DNA of 64,000 bases from Glycera tridactyla. Taxonomy: Eukaryota. The position numbers and the translations under genes were made by a program. The number at the start of each line of letters is the position of its first letter. Position 1 is the first letter of the stretch. Under the pieces are notes generated by a model. That model was not told the origin of the DNA. It made no database searches and saw only the letters and a program-made list of their open reading frames with translations. Shown in pieces: positions 1-11,205 of this stretch. Location: NCBI GenBank assembly GCA_965644265.1, contig OZ286467.1:45818001-45882000 (forward strand). Reading direction: 5' to 3'.

Positions 1-257
1 CGGCATGAATTGGATTGGACTTTGGAAGGACCATCTCATGTCATTCTTGTCAGCGCTTTATTTTTTCTTGTTTGAAAAGTTCATTCTATTCTGAAGCTTT
101 CTCATAACTTGCTTGATAACCTGAAGCTGACACATTTACTTCTTCCGATTACTAAACATTGTTGCAAGGCATTGTTTCAGGATGGGAAGTCAGCTTCCAG
201 TCGCTACATGGTAGAGTGTGCCATCGGGTGATTCATTCTGATTCATGTGAAAGATCT

Positions 258-341
258 AGAGGTGTGTTCGATCTGTCAACCTCTCAGAGGTGTGTTCGAA
301 CTGTCAACCACTCAGAGGTGTATTCGAACTGTCAACCACTT
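258..341. repeat. 28-bp tandem repeat, 3 copies
   Basis: Unit AGAGGTGTGTTCGAACTGTCAACCACTC at 258, 286 and 314, with 1-2 mismatches each. Confidence 0.95.
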
Positions 342-3300
342 AGACATGTCAGAAATTCTGGTTACTCATTATCCGATGTTGAGGGCTCGTGAGAGTGACG
401 CCTGCAGGACACAGCGCATGCAATTTTGATAGATCAGGCAGACACAGCATGCATTACCATGTTGGTTGATACACACCATTAAATCAAAACCCAACCAAAC
501 AAAACTGACACCACCACCAATATCACCACCACTACCACCACCACCATGCACCAAAATCAATTAGACTGGGTGGTGTTTTCAGTCTAAGCAATTTGTTCTC
601 TTCACCGGAAATATGAATTTCTCTCATTTTTATTATTCTTTGTGACCCTTTCCCAACATCGCCAATGTGCCACGATTCTGACACCAAACGAGAAGCCATT
701 GATATAGATAAGCTGCTGAGGGGGATTTGGGGGTGAATCGACCCCAACTTGAAGAATGAGAACTCAGACACTATTTTCCCGTTGGATTGACGTCACTCTG
801 ATTTTTGTTGCCATTTCCAAGTGGAATATATGTCAATGTTTTGTATGGAATATGAATTATTTGTTCAACTTTGACCTTTGATGGGCTCTTTGGCTATTCG
901 CAAAAATTGCTAGTGTGGGAGAAATGCTGTTATTTGTGGTTGTTTTGATTTGCGTACCTACATGTGCATGAGAACTATAGAACCTTCATGTTATCAAACG
1001 ACTACGCTTTATGATGTATTCATGCCTCCTGGTGTATAAGAACTATACAGCTACCTCATGTAATCCATAACTTGTTAACGTAGTCATACTTCCCGATGTA
1101 TGGAAACTATACTAGCTTTATAACATAGATGCGTACCCTTTAATACGATATGTAGTATTGTCATGCTGTTTCTTATCTACAACATCCAAGATTTATCTTG
1201 ATAACACAGAGGCGTATTCTCTGGTTCGTGAAATCTATAGTATTTCCATGTCTATATCGATTTTATCTAGGGTAAATGTTCATAGAACGCCAATGTTCAG
1301 GTGATTTCAAGGGAGTAGTTTGATTGATATGAACCTGCCCCTGCAGTATCAGTTGCAGTGTGGTGAGAGTTGTAGTGTGGTGAACCCTGGCCCTGCTGTT
1401 TACCTGCATGCCACATCAAAGCGCCCTCTACAGCTGCCAGGTCAGCAGCAGCCTCTCCCCGGCAGCAGACAGCTCCTCTTTAACGCATCATTACCTGTTT
1501 GTTTTGAATGGTGATCAACACCTACTTTAAAACTACTCTCATTCCTAGCAGTCGCAATTTCTCCAGTAGCCTCAGATATCAAATCGGGGAAAAAAGATTT
1601 CGAATATCTAATCGCGGTCAATCTATTCTCTATTTATTCTCAGTCAAACTGATCACAGAAGCCATTCGCCGATGAAGAGACTCGGATGGGTGCCAAAAGC
1701 TTCGTTTCTCCAACTCGACTGTGATTAAACTGAGCTCCACAAATATCCCAATAATGTCGACTCTTCAAATAGTGAAATGACTGTACTCACCTATCCTATT
1801 CTGTCGCATTAGGGATTATGAATTCAGTATCCGGTAGGTTACAAGGGAATGAACTGACATAGTTCCATACTTAACAGTACCTATTTTCATTGAATCGAAT
1901 CAGGCTATAATATGATGAGTGATTGCATATCACACCCATGGATCCCACTACATTCACTATGAACAAATATGGATCTCAAACTTTCATTAGAGATGATTTA
2001 GGTGCCTATGTTCCCACAAATCTTCCAACATTTGCGACCTTGAAATAGTAGAATGATTGTACTTTCCCTTCCATGGCAGCCTGATTGTATTTTTGGAATG
2101 AACTGGAAGTCGACATGATTGTGACAGCCGTGACTGATTGTCAGGAAGTGGGCCACCCTCTTTTCATCATATGCCAGGCAGTTGGAGCTTGAACTACGTG
2201 CCTGAATGTTTTACGGGAAGGAGAAGTTACCAGTGGGAATGGCAAATTGTACACAGTAGCAAAATGGTGTGCAAAATGCAACAAGTGGAGCACAGTATGA
2301 ATCAATCTGTAGATGAGTCGGAGGTGGTGTCTGTTTGATCAGTACCTTGAGCTCGTTCCATTAGGGGAATCCGAAATCTAGCCTTTGGGAAACTGACCTG
2401 AGGAGGCGAGTAAGGCACTGGTCGAAGTTCTCTGGCTGATTCAGCGACAGCCTGTGTAGAGCATCAACGTAATACACGAACTCACAACGTCCGGGAACTG
2501 AACGAAGTGAAATCAGCCTCCATTATCACAACACATGTTCGTTTGGTTGCCTGTTTGACCGTTTCAAATGAGAGATTTCACTTCAACCCAATAAAACTGT
2601 CATGTCCTTAAGGGTCCTGATCTCCGAATTTGTTAAGATGTCCAATCTCAGCGTGGCACAATCCTCAGCTTGTGATCGAGGGTTGATCCCTCCATTGTTT
2701 GGCTTCCATGTGTATACGTGTATGTTGAGGATGGGTATTCTCGTAGCTGGATTGTGGCCACTCGTTATAGCACCACACCAGCCTAGGACCACTCAATGTT
2801 TCCAGATCTCGAAGATGCGCGGACACCACCACCCAGCACTGGTGGAATGTAGCCCTTGTCAGTATCTGTGTTTCAAACACCGTGGCCCTTCATATAGTCC
2901 TTTCATATAGTCTATGACCTTATGTAGCTCTATATCCACTTCATACAGGTTAGCTCCCATCCCAGCTCTCTCATGGTCACCTATCCCACAACTACCTACA
3001 GCAGCAGACCTTTTACATATTCATTTCTGTTCACACCATATGTCACAGCTTCAAACCGGTTTTCTTCATCATTTTCACTCTGCATTTCGAGGCTGATTGT
3101 GCAATACCAAATTTCAGATGAACACGATAAAGATTGGAAACTGAGTTTATGGATCATTTCACCTGAAGGGGTGAGTGCATACTGATAGCGCATAGGTTAT
3201 CTCAATTGCCATGGTTTTCGGCGATAACCTCCATGTAATGTAACTTCATCCAACTTTTTCAGAAGTTCAATTACTATTTTGCCCGCTTATCATCGCAAAT

Positions 3301-3676
3301 TGAGAGCATGTTGGCAATCAGACTTTGCACCCCCACTTGGAAAGCCCCTATCACTGTTGATACGATGATGGCTCATTAGTAAGAGTGTCTTCATAGATGG
3401 AGCAGAAAGAGTAACATGTTATGGGTGTAAATAGCCGCAGGCAAGGTATCTCAGCCGTGTATCTATTACAAGATAAGGCGGCCAGTATAGAGCAGGGGGT
3501 AAACTGTCTGTGGAATCTTACCCCACGTAACCCTGGCCACCTGGAGTAAGCCCCCATTATCCCAACAGTTGGTTACGATACCTCACCGTAGGCAACTACA
3601 AGTCCAGACGTGGGGCAACCCTCTCTGTCTACTCTCTCTATCTCCCCTACTTCTCTGTCAATTCTCTGTCAACACC

Positions 3677-3678
<2 letters not shown>

Positions 3679-3748
<70 letters not shown>
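3679..3748. repeat. (TC)n microsatellite
   Basis: Direct reading of the sequence. Confidence 0.99.
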
Positions 3749-3751
<3 letters not shown>

Positions 3752-4405
3752 ACTCTCACTCCATATTCCTCACTCCTCCGATTATCGATTTATCTAATTT
3801 ATCTACATATCTATCTATCTCTGCATCCGTCCACCAGCCTGTCCGTCCGTCCACCCGCCACAACTGTCTATCTATTTTCCTTATTGACCAGCCCATAAGA
3901 CACTCATAGCTTCACAACAAGATCAACATGATGAGTTCCAGATGAATGTTTGACGTAGTCCAGGCGAGTAACACTTCTAGAGTGCTTTGGGAATATCTGC
4001 TCACTCTTTCCTTTTTTCTATTTACAAAAAATATCACGTGGCAGCCTGAAAACTGTTTGCATTTTTTCAGAAGGATGTTGGCTCAGAGCCAGGAGATTCT
4101 CTGAGTCATGACCAATGTGGCTCTGCCCTAAAGTTATTGCCCTGTGTCGCCCGGACAATATCGGGGAGGGATCATGAGGGTGGGTGGANNNNNNNNNNNN
4201 NNNNNNNNNNNNNNNNNNNNNNNNNNNNNNNNNNNNNNNNNNNNNNNNNNNNNNNNNNNNNNNNNNNNNNNNNNNNNNNNNNNNNNNNNNNNNNNNNNNN
4301 NNNNNNNNNNNNNNNNNNNNNNNNNNNNNNNNNNNNNNNNNNNNNNNNNNNNNNNNNNNNNCATCTGAAGAGTTGGATATGTAAAATGTGTAGCAGTGGA
4401 ACTAG

Positions 4406-4847
4406 CTGCCATAGCTCTCATCACTCACCTGTCAGCCAGCACCTCCGCTTATTCACAGTCTATACAATGTAAGTCACCATCCTACAGAGCTGACATAGCT
4501 CCCATCACTCGCCTGTCAGCTAGCACCTCCGCTTATCCACAGTCTATACAATGTAAGTCACTATCCTACAGAGCTGCCATAGCTCCCATCACTTGCCTGT
4601 CAGCTAGCACCTCCGCTTATCCACAGTCTATACAATGTAAGTAACTATCCTACAGAGCTGACATAGCTCCCATCACTTGCCTGTCAGCTAGCACCTCCGC
4701 TTATTCACAGTCTATACAATGTAAGTCACTATCCTACAGAGCTGCCGTAGCTCCCATCACTCGCCTGTCAGCTAGCACCCCCGCTTATCCACAGTCTATA
4801 CAATGTAAGTCACTATCCTACAGAGCTGCCATAGCTCCCATCACTCG
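4406..4847. repeat. 84-bp minisatellite, about 5.3 copies
   Basis: Unit CTGCCATAGCTCCCATCACTCGCCTGTCAGCTAGCACCTCCGCTTATCCACAGTCTATACAATGTAAGTCACTATCCTACAGAG starts at 4406, 4490, 4574, 4658, 4742 and 4826 (partial). Confidence 0.97.
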
Positions 4848-5041
4848 ATGAGTGCGATGGACGACGACGACAGCGACAACCATTATGATAACGATGACGA
4901 TGACGATGACGATGACTACAAATGAGAAGACAACAACAAGGACGACGGCAGTGGCAAGACGGCGATGATTTCAATGATTTGGACGAGGAAGATGATGAGT
5001 GCGATGGACGACGACGACGACGCGACAACCATTATGATGAC

Positions 5042-5102
<61 letters not shown>

Positions 5103-5118
5103 ATGATGATGATGATGG
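4847..5118. repeat. GAC/GAT trinucleotide region containing a 147-bp-period duplication and a pure (GAT)n tract
   Basis: GATGAGTGCGATGGACGACGAC..GCGACAACCATTATGAT occurs at 4847 and 4994; (GAT)n spans about 5042-5115. Confidence 0.9.
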
Positions 5119-5218
5119 CATGTATCAACCTCAGTGTTATGTATGCCGTGTGTTTATGTATGCCGTGTGTTTCTGGTTAGCTCTTAATGAAAGTTAGCGT
5201 TAATGAAAGCTAGATGTT

Positions 5219-5468
5219 CTCTCCCCTACAGACATCATTCTTACGAACCTTGAACACAAGATGATGGGAACCTGAAAGGTTGTCAAGTGGAAGTGGCTGA
5301 CGGTCCAGACACACCCCCATCTAACCTACATATACATAATAAACCTATGATGCCTTATTTAACTATGAAACTGGCTGGAAGCTGACACTCAAGCCTGATA
5401 GCAATGCGTTTTTTCAGCAAAGCGCAGCACTTGACACAAGGAAACACATTAGGTTTGGAGAATACTCA
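5219..5468 (+). pseudogene. Frameshifted exon-like segment homologous to 41030-41281(-)
   Basis: Aligns by eye over ~245 bp with the reverse complement of 41030-41281. It has two 1-bp deletions relative to that copy. It could equally be a transposon fragment. Confidence 0.4.
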
Positions 5469-6010
5469 ACCAAGTTGGTGTGTGGGAAAGGAGAAGAGTG
5501 ACATAAGAAAAGAAGAACTCGGCTGAAGAGGACATAAAGCAAGATTCTCGCAGCTAACCTTTCCGTTTTACAGGTTCCCAGGTAAAGCAACAACCACATG
5601 GTATAGGTTGAGTAATGAGCAAAGGCGAGAAAAAATAATTCCGCCGCTCTACACTGCCAGATGAATGACCCAGCCCCAATGTTTGAGTTCAAGTCCCTAT
5701 TACGTGAGGGCGGCAACACAATACTACAACAGTGGCACTGAAATTTTCATCAGATATATCTATAGATGCTTTGACAGTCTCCGAGTTTCCATGGATTCAT
5801 TCATATTACAGGAAAGCGTATAGGAAAGAGTTATATTATGACTTTTGGGATATATGTTCGATGTTCACAATCACATCGAGCAATCCTGATTCACATTCTA
5901 TCAAAGGAGGATCGCAAACTGATTCACCCTCGCCCGCCTTACAGCCAGAAATAACCCCCGTGAGCGTCTATGAATTTCATAAATGCACCATCTTTTTGGG
6001 CCCAGTAAGG

Positions 6011-6099
6011 GGAGTCCTTAATGATCCCACTCATGCCCAATGCATGAACATCTCAATATAGCCAGGTCGGTGGTACAGAGACGTTAACCAAGCAAACAA
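6011..6099 (+). mobile_element. Short interspersed repeat (SINE-like 3' portion), copy 1
   Basis: GGAGTCCTTAATGATCCCACTCATGCCCAATGCATG..ATATAGCCAGG..GACGTTAACC plus an AAAC-type tail; homologous to the copies at 8996, 9279, 17511, 51437 and 51611. Confidence 0.75.
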
Positions 6100-7724
6100 C
6101 CCACATTTCCTCAACAGTTTGTATCCACTATTACCTATATCGGCATACCCCTAGCCAATGCTGTAGATGGAATCTGTTGGTGGAAACCTCCAGCTGACAA
6201 ACCAACCACCCAACCAATCAACCAATCAACCACTCAAGCACCATTGCTGATAGATTCGTCACACCCATTCTGCCAATCTGCCACGCAATCATATTGACCT
6301 ATATTATCTCTGCTTCACCCACAGGGAGTGGCTGGAAGGAACCTCTGCACTCCACCACTCCACTCAGCCCGGGCGTGAATTGGTATAAGGCTATATGAAA
6401 TGAAAGTTATTTCAGAATGTTGTTTCAGGTAGATACGCCTGCCTTTGTGGTCGTATTCTACCAGCCAGATAAGGGCCCATGCTTGAATTTGACCGATGAG
6501 ATCAGAAACGGAGGTATTGCCATTATCTTTGTGTATCTAGTAGGTGAACGGTGTATGAGTTACAAATGATTGCCTTTGTCTGTCGTGAGTTATAGGGGGC
6601 CATGACCTCGAGCTGCACGAGGTCCTTGCCCTTATGCTATTTCAGGTCTATCATCAGTCCCAGCCCAAGGATCTGGCCAACAAAGATATAGTAGGCCTTT
6701 TATTCGTTTGGGGAAACACGCGCGTGGGGAAGTTTCAACGAGACCAAGGTATACCTCACAGCCAGTCCACCGAATTTATTTACATGCTTCATCCTCTGAC
6801 CATGCATGTGGGTCCCAGTGAAACGTCTCCCCTCTCCTGTCCTATTACCGGCTGGAGACTCCCCCACCTTCTTCTACACGCTGTCCAGAGGGGTTCACGT
6901 GTCAGCTAAGAATACAACTTCCCCCACCTAAGCCCCTCCTCCACCCACTCTTTTGTCAGACGTGCCCACCTCGTCTAGTCCCTCAGTTGATCCTTGATTC
7001 TGAGCCCATAGTTTGAGCCGTACCTGAATCACCACACTGGCTTTGAACAATCGCTATCNNNNNNNNNNNNNNNNNNNNNNNNNNNNNNNNNNNNNNNNNN
7101 NNNNNNNNNNNNNNNNNNNNNNNNNNNNNNNNNNNNNNNNNNNNNNNNNNNNNNNNNNNNNNNNNNNNNNNNNNNNNNNNNNNNNNNNNNNNNNNNNNNN
7201 NNNNNNNNNNNNNNNNNNNNNNNNNNAGATGCTCGTTGATATCTTCCGATGACAGATAATATCAAAACAGCATTCACCCTGTCCTAGGCAAGCATCCTCC
7301 TGGCAAGATGCAGGCAGATTCCATGCTACTGAATAACATTTCTATTGATCAAAACAGGAAAGTGAGCAGGCATTCACCAAATACTGCAGGTTATCTATTC
7401 GCCTGGGCCATAGAAAGCATTTATCTGTCTGGGTCTCATCAGGTTGATATTGTTGCTATTTTGTTTATAGAGTTCAATGTGTTCATTACGGGCACGTGTT
7501 TGTATGCGAATGCACACAGTGAGACAGGTTTGCACACCACCACCACCATCACCATCACGCTTACCATCACCATCACCACCACTACCAACACATGAAGGCT
7601 TCATGAATATTTATTGAAACAATGTATCTTTGCGCATCTCCCTTCCTCCATCTTACATCACAAAAAACAATAGTCTGGATACAAATAGGTAGATAAAAAC
7701 TAAACATTTCGGGTGGCGGGCAAG

Positions 7725-7855
7725 TGGGTAGGTAGGTAGGTAATTAGGTAGGTAGGAGGGGGTAGGTGGGTAGGTAGGTAGTTAGTTAGGTAGGTAGTTA
7801 GGTAGGTAGGCAGGTAGGTAAGTAGGTGGGTAGGAAGGTAGGTTGGTAGGTTGAT
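7725..7855. repeat. Imperfect (GGTA)n microsatellite
   Basis: Direct reading of the sequence. Confidence 0.95.
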
Positions 7856-8130
7856 AGATTGACATTGAAAAATGTAGACAGAGAGACTGACTTCATTTTC
7901 TCACGCGATTCATGTTGGTTCTAGTATACGAGTATCATCACATACTCTCGTGTGTCAACTATGCATACATAATAACAAGTCATGTTTTGAAAATGATAAT
8001 AATGAGGCTAGTGTTTGGATACAGTAGTAATGGTGGGAAGGCAGGTAACATTAGGTTGGAAAACAAGGGATCTCTGGGAAAAGAGGGCGCGAAAAAGTGG
8101 ACTGAGCTCTCCTGTATATAAGCAACTTAC

Positions 8131-8338
8131 CTGGAGAATAAACAGTATAGCCAGACAAAGAGGCTGGGGCTGCAGCGCTGAAGTCGGGAGCCGTCAGGTG
8201 GGGGCTGGAAGAACCCCCAGCTGGCCGTGTAGGATGACGGAGTAAAGGAAACCGGTGTCCTCGCGAAATGAGCTTGTCCATTGTCTTTGATGAAACGTGC
8301 TCCATGATGCGCTGGGACATGGGCATGCTGCGCTGCAT
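8131..8338 (-). CDS. Candidate first coding exon of an unidentified minus-strand gene (MQRSMPMSQRIMEHVSSKTMDKLISRGHRF...GYTVYSP-G)
   Basis: ATG at 8338 with in-frame stops upstream, 69 codons + 1 nt, ending at a perfect CAG|GTAAGT donor. The first 10 non-Met codons all end in G/C. No downstream exon was found and no protein family was recognised. Confidence 0.45.
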
Positions 8339-8995
8339 ATGATTTGCACACGGGGATCAGTTTCTTCAAAACGTAAATGTGTATCAAATGGCAGGCCTCC
8401 TCTCAATGATCATCTCCCCACACAATAGCGATGAAGTACACGTACCACTGCACTTGGCAAAAGCTTGGTAATATCAAATATTTCATACATATACAATACC
8501 TACAAATACCTGAATATATACTAGACCTGGTGACTCCACATTACGTGTACTGAAAGAGCATCATGATTGCTTAGGTTCAATGAAAGGTCCATAGTCTCCA
8601 GATTATGTTGCCGAATTGCAAGTGATCCAGACTAGGGGAACTTTGAAAATAATCAGCAGTTTCGATGGATTCCGGAAGCTACAATATTTTCCAAGATATA
8701 GAATGTCGTCTTCGAATAGGTAGCAAGAAAGCTTCGGGTAGTGAACTGTTGAAAGTTAAGTGGGAAGAATGAACTGATTTCGATGTAAGCGTGGCATTTA
8801 AAGTGATGCACTTTATACTTTGAACTGGTAGCGCACATTTCATCTCACCACAGGGAGTTCCAGGCGTTGGGTCAGAGCTTAGGATGTGTGCGGACGATAA
8901 CCAGTGAATAAAAAACAAGTATTGCAATTCTGTATGCTCAGTATATGAGTGCTTGCTCCTTCGAATTTTCGCCTTTTGTTGGGGATCCAGAAGGA

Positions 8996-9082
8996 GGAGT
9001 CTTGAATGATCCCACCCATGCCCATTGCATGGGCGTCACAATATAGCCCAGATGGAGCTGACGTGACGTTAAACCCCCAAAA
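8996..9082 (+). mobile_element. SINE-like repeat, copy 2
   Basis: GGAGTCTTGAATGATCCCACCCATGCCCATTGCATGGGCGTCACAATATAGCCCAG..GACGTTAAACCCC. Confidence 0.8.
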
Positions 9083-9278
9083 TTCTCTGAATGTATTCAA
9101 TTCATTCCGAAAAGGTATCGTGATATACATTCCCATATTGATTGATCTCTTGCTTATTGATAAAAAAACTTATATTTGAGTCTTTTGGTCAATCACGAAA
9201 GGTGGTAGATTTCATGGTCAGTACACAACCTGGGCGATTCCCTGACAGGGCCAAAAGTCTCAGGCTTTGACGTTGGTG

Positions 9279-9365
9279 GATTGGTTGTGTTACATCCAGT
9301 GAATACTACCTGGGCTATATTGAGATGCCCGTGGGGTTGGCAGGAATAGGATCATTAATGACTCC
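9279..9365 (-). mobile_element. SINE-like repeat, copy 3 (inverted relative to copy 2)
   Basis: Reverse complement reads GGAGTCATTAATGATCCTATTCC..GGGCATCTCAATATAGCCCAGGTAG..GATGTAACACAACCAA. Confidence 0.75.
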
Positions 9366-10261
9366 TGGTACTTTTTCCCACAACGAAAAGTGAAAATATA
9401 TGAAAATCACAGGCACTCGAATAATTTCACCAGGACCAATAGTACGTTTTCATGCTGTAGTTATTGTTCACCATTTAAAAAAAAAGTATAATGACATATG
9501 GGTGATTTTCTTACTAGGTAGCATCCTGGAGAAGGGACAGCTTGATGTCAGTGTCTATGGGCAGGGGTGAGTTCAGAGGGTGAGATGTAGCACAAGTCTG
9601 TGTCAACTACCCCCATGTTAGTTTACCTTGCAACCCCTGCCAACATACATACAATAACACGAGAAGATGGGCGAACCATATTGATATAAATATGCTCTAT
9701 CAGTAGGGAATGTACTCCGTGGGATCGTTTCACTGCACCCAAACATCCAGAAAAGCATCAATGAATACGAAATAAATCATGAAATTCGAAAAGGATTTGA
9801 GGAATAAGGTCGATACTTCTGAATTGGCTTCCCAACCCGCTTACAATCTGAGGGTGAGTTTGTGTTGATAGTGGTACTGTTAATGAGAATGCGTAAGCCG
9901 TGCTGTGCTAGGGGTACTTAGACACACCCCGGGGGTCGCTAACAGGGCAAGTGATCCACCCCAGGTAACCACCCTCTAGAAAAAATATAGTAATATATAA
10001 AAAATAAACTGGCCATCCATTACAGTCACTTCCCCCTTCTCGCGACACCTGTTTTTGGTGCATACGATTCGGGAATTCTCTCCCTATGGCACAAATGTCG
10101 CATCTATCCATCGCAAAATTATCCTTATTTGATGATGCATGTATTGATCTAACAGAATAAATGTCATGCATTCGGAATTTGATTTGAAAAACCTTATTCC
10201 TAACAGACATAGACTAGCATGGGTACATAACATGCTCTTGTGGTCTAGTGACCAAACGACG

Positions 10262-10336
10262 CCGACAACAACAGCAACAGCAACAACAACAGCAACAACA
10301 ACAACAACAGCAACAACAACAACAGCAACAACAACA
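10262..10336. repeat. (ACA/GCA)n trinucleotide repeat
   Basis: Direct reading of the sequence. Confidence 0.95.
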
Positions 10337-10466
10337 CCAAAACATTACACGTAGCCAAAGCAGAAACATCGTGAGAAAATGAGGTTGGCGAAGTGAATGA
10401 TTGGCATTCATTGAAAGGGATTTCCGCTGAATTGATGGATTTCCGGGTTTGTTGGCGAGGTCCAAC

Positions 10467-10542
10467 AGATAGATAGATGGATTGATAGACGGATGGATGG
10501 ATGGATGGATGGGTGGATGGATGGATGGTTGGATGGGTGGAT
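10467..10542. repeat. (AGAT)/(GGAT)n microsatellite
   Basis: Direct reading of the sequence. Confidence 0.95.
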
Positions 10543-10949
10543 CAGATATTCTTCCAGCCATATTCATTTGGTAAAAAATCGACAAAAACTTCGAAATATC
10601 AGAAAATCTTTTCTGTGGTGTTGCCGCCATCAAGCAGGTTGCATGTGCTTGCTGTAGCTTGGTTTCTAGCTGGCTCACTCACAACTCATAATGGTCGAGG
10701 AGAGGTAATAGAGCTCCCTTCGTGTAGCAGCCAGAATAGACAAATTTTATTGTTTTGTGGTAAGAGACAAGCACCTGATGATCGTCCACAACCTCTGACT
10801 GATCCATGTGAAAGGCGAGATATTAGTGATTTCTAATAGGTTGGCAGGAGGCAGGTGATTATGGCATCATCAATTCTGGTAATTAGTCACCTGTGACGAC
10901 CCTTATAAGTCTGTTTGCACAATGGCGACATGTCATCACTAGCACAATA

Positions 10950-11205
10950 ATGAGGGGCTCGGTTCACAACAGGTACCACAACACCCGCTCGATCTCAGAC
11001 ATTATGATCAGCCACAGTGGGAATCGCTCCGCCATGCTATACAAGATCCAGCAAACTCTGGTTGCCATCCCAATGGATGTATGTGCTGTGCATTGTATTA
11101 GGCTACGAGCTCCACACAACCAAGAGTTCCTGCCTGTCCATGCAGAAACATCTATACAAAGCTTCTTCTCCAGCTCAATTATACTCTGGACTACTCTTCC
11201 ACCAT
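10950..11205 (+). mobile_element. Decayed LINE (CR1/L2-like) ORF2 C-terminal fragment
   Basis: Translation ..VHNRYHNTRSISDIM..AMLYKIQQTLVAIP..QSFFSSSIILWTTLP resembles the ARFVxxxY / LYKI / SFFPxxIxxWNxLP end of these elements. Confidence 0.75.

Noticed and set aside
258-341. CRISPR-like 28-bp repeats
   Set aside because: No spacers, no cas genes, and a eukaryotic intron-containing context.
1421-1434. Single CTCF-like GCGCCCTCTACAGC
   Set aside because: It matches only 10-11 of 14 core positions and is isolated; this is expected by chance in 64 kb.
2040-2900. Possible decayed LINE endonuclease on the minus strand (RLVWCY, VIMEADF)
   Set aside because: The motif resemblance is too weak and scattered over frames to support without an alignment.
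3569-3909. ORFs with poly-SL, poly-TH, poly-CV, poly-D/M/I or poly-T runs (also 4916-5197, 10214-10678, 33114-33543, 37511-37915, 38772-39359, 61676-62443)
   Set aside because: These are translation artefacts of microsatellites.
6640-6830. Hammerhead-like cores (CTGATGATAGACCTGAAA on minus; CTGACCA..GAAACGTC on plus)
   Set aside because: Stem II is too short or unpaired, or an essential core base is wrong.
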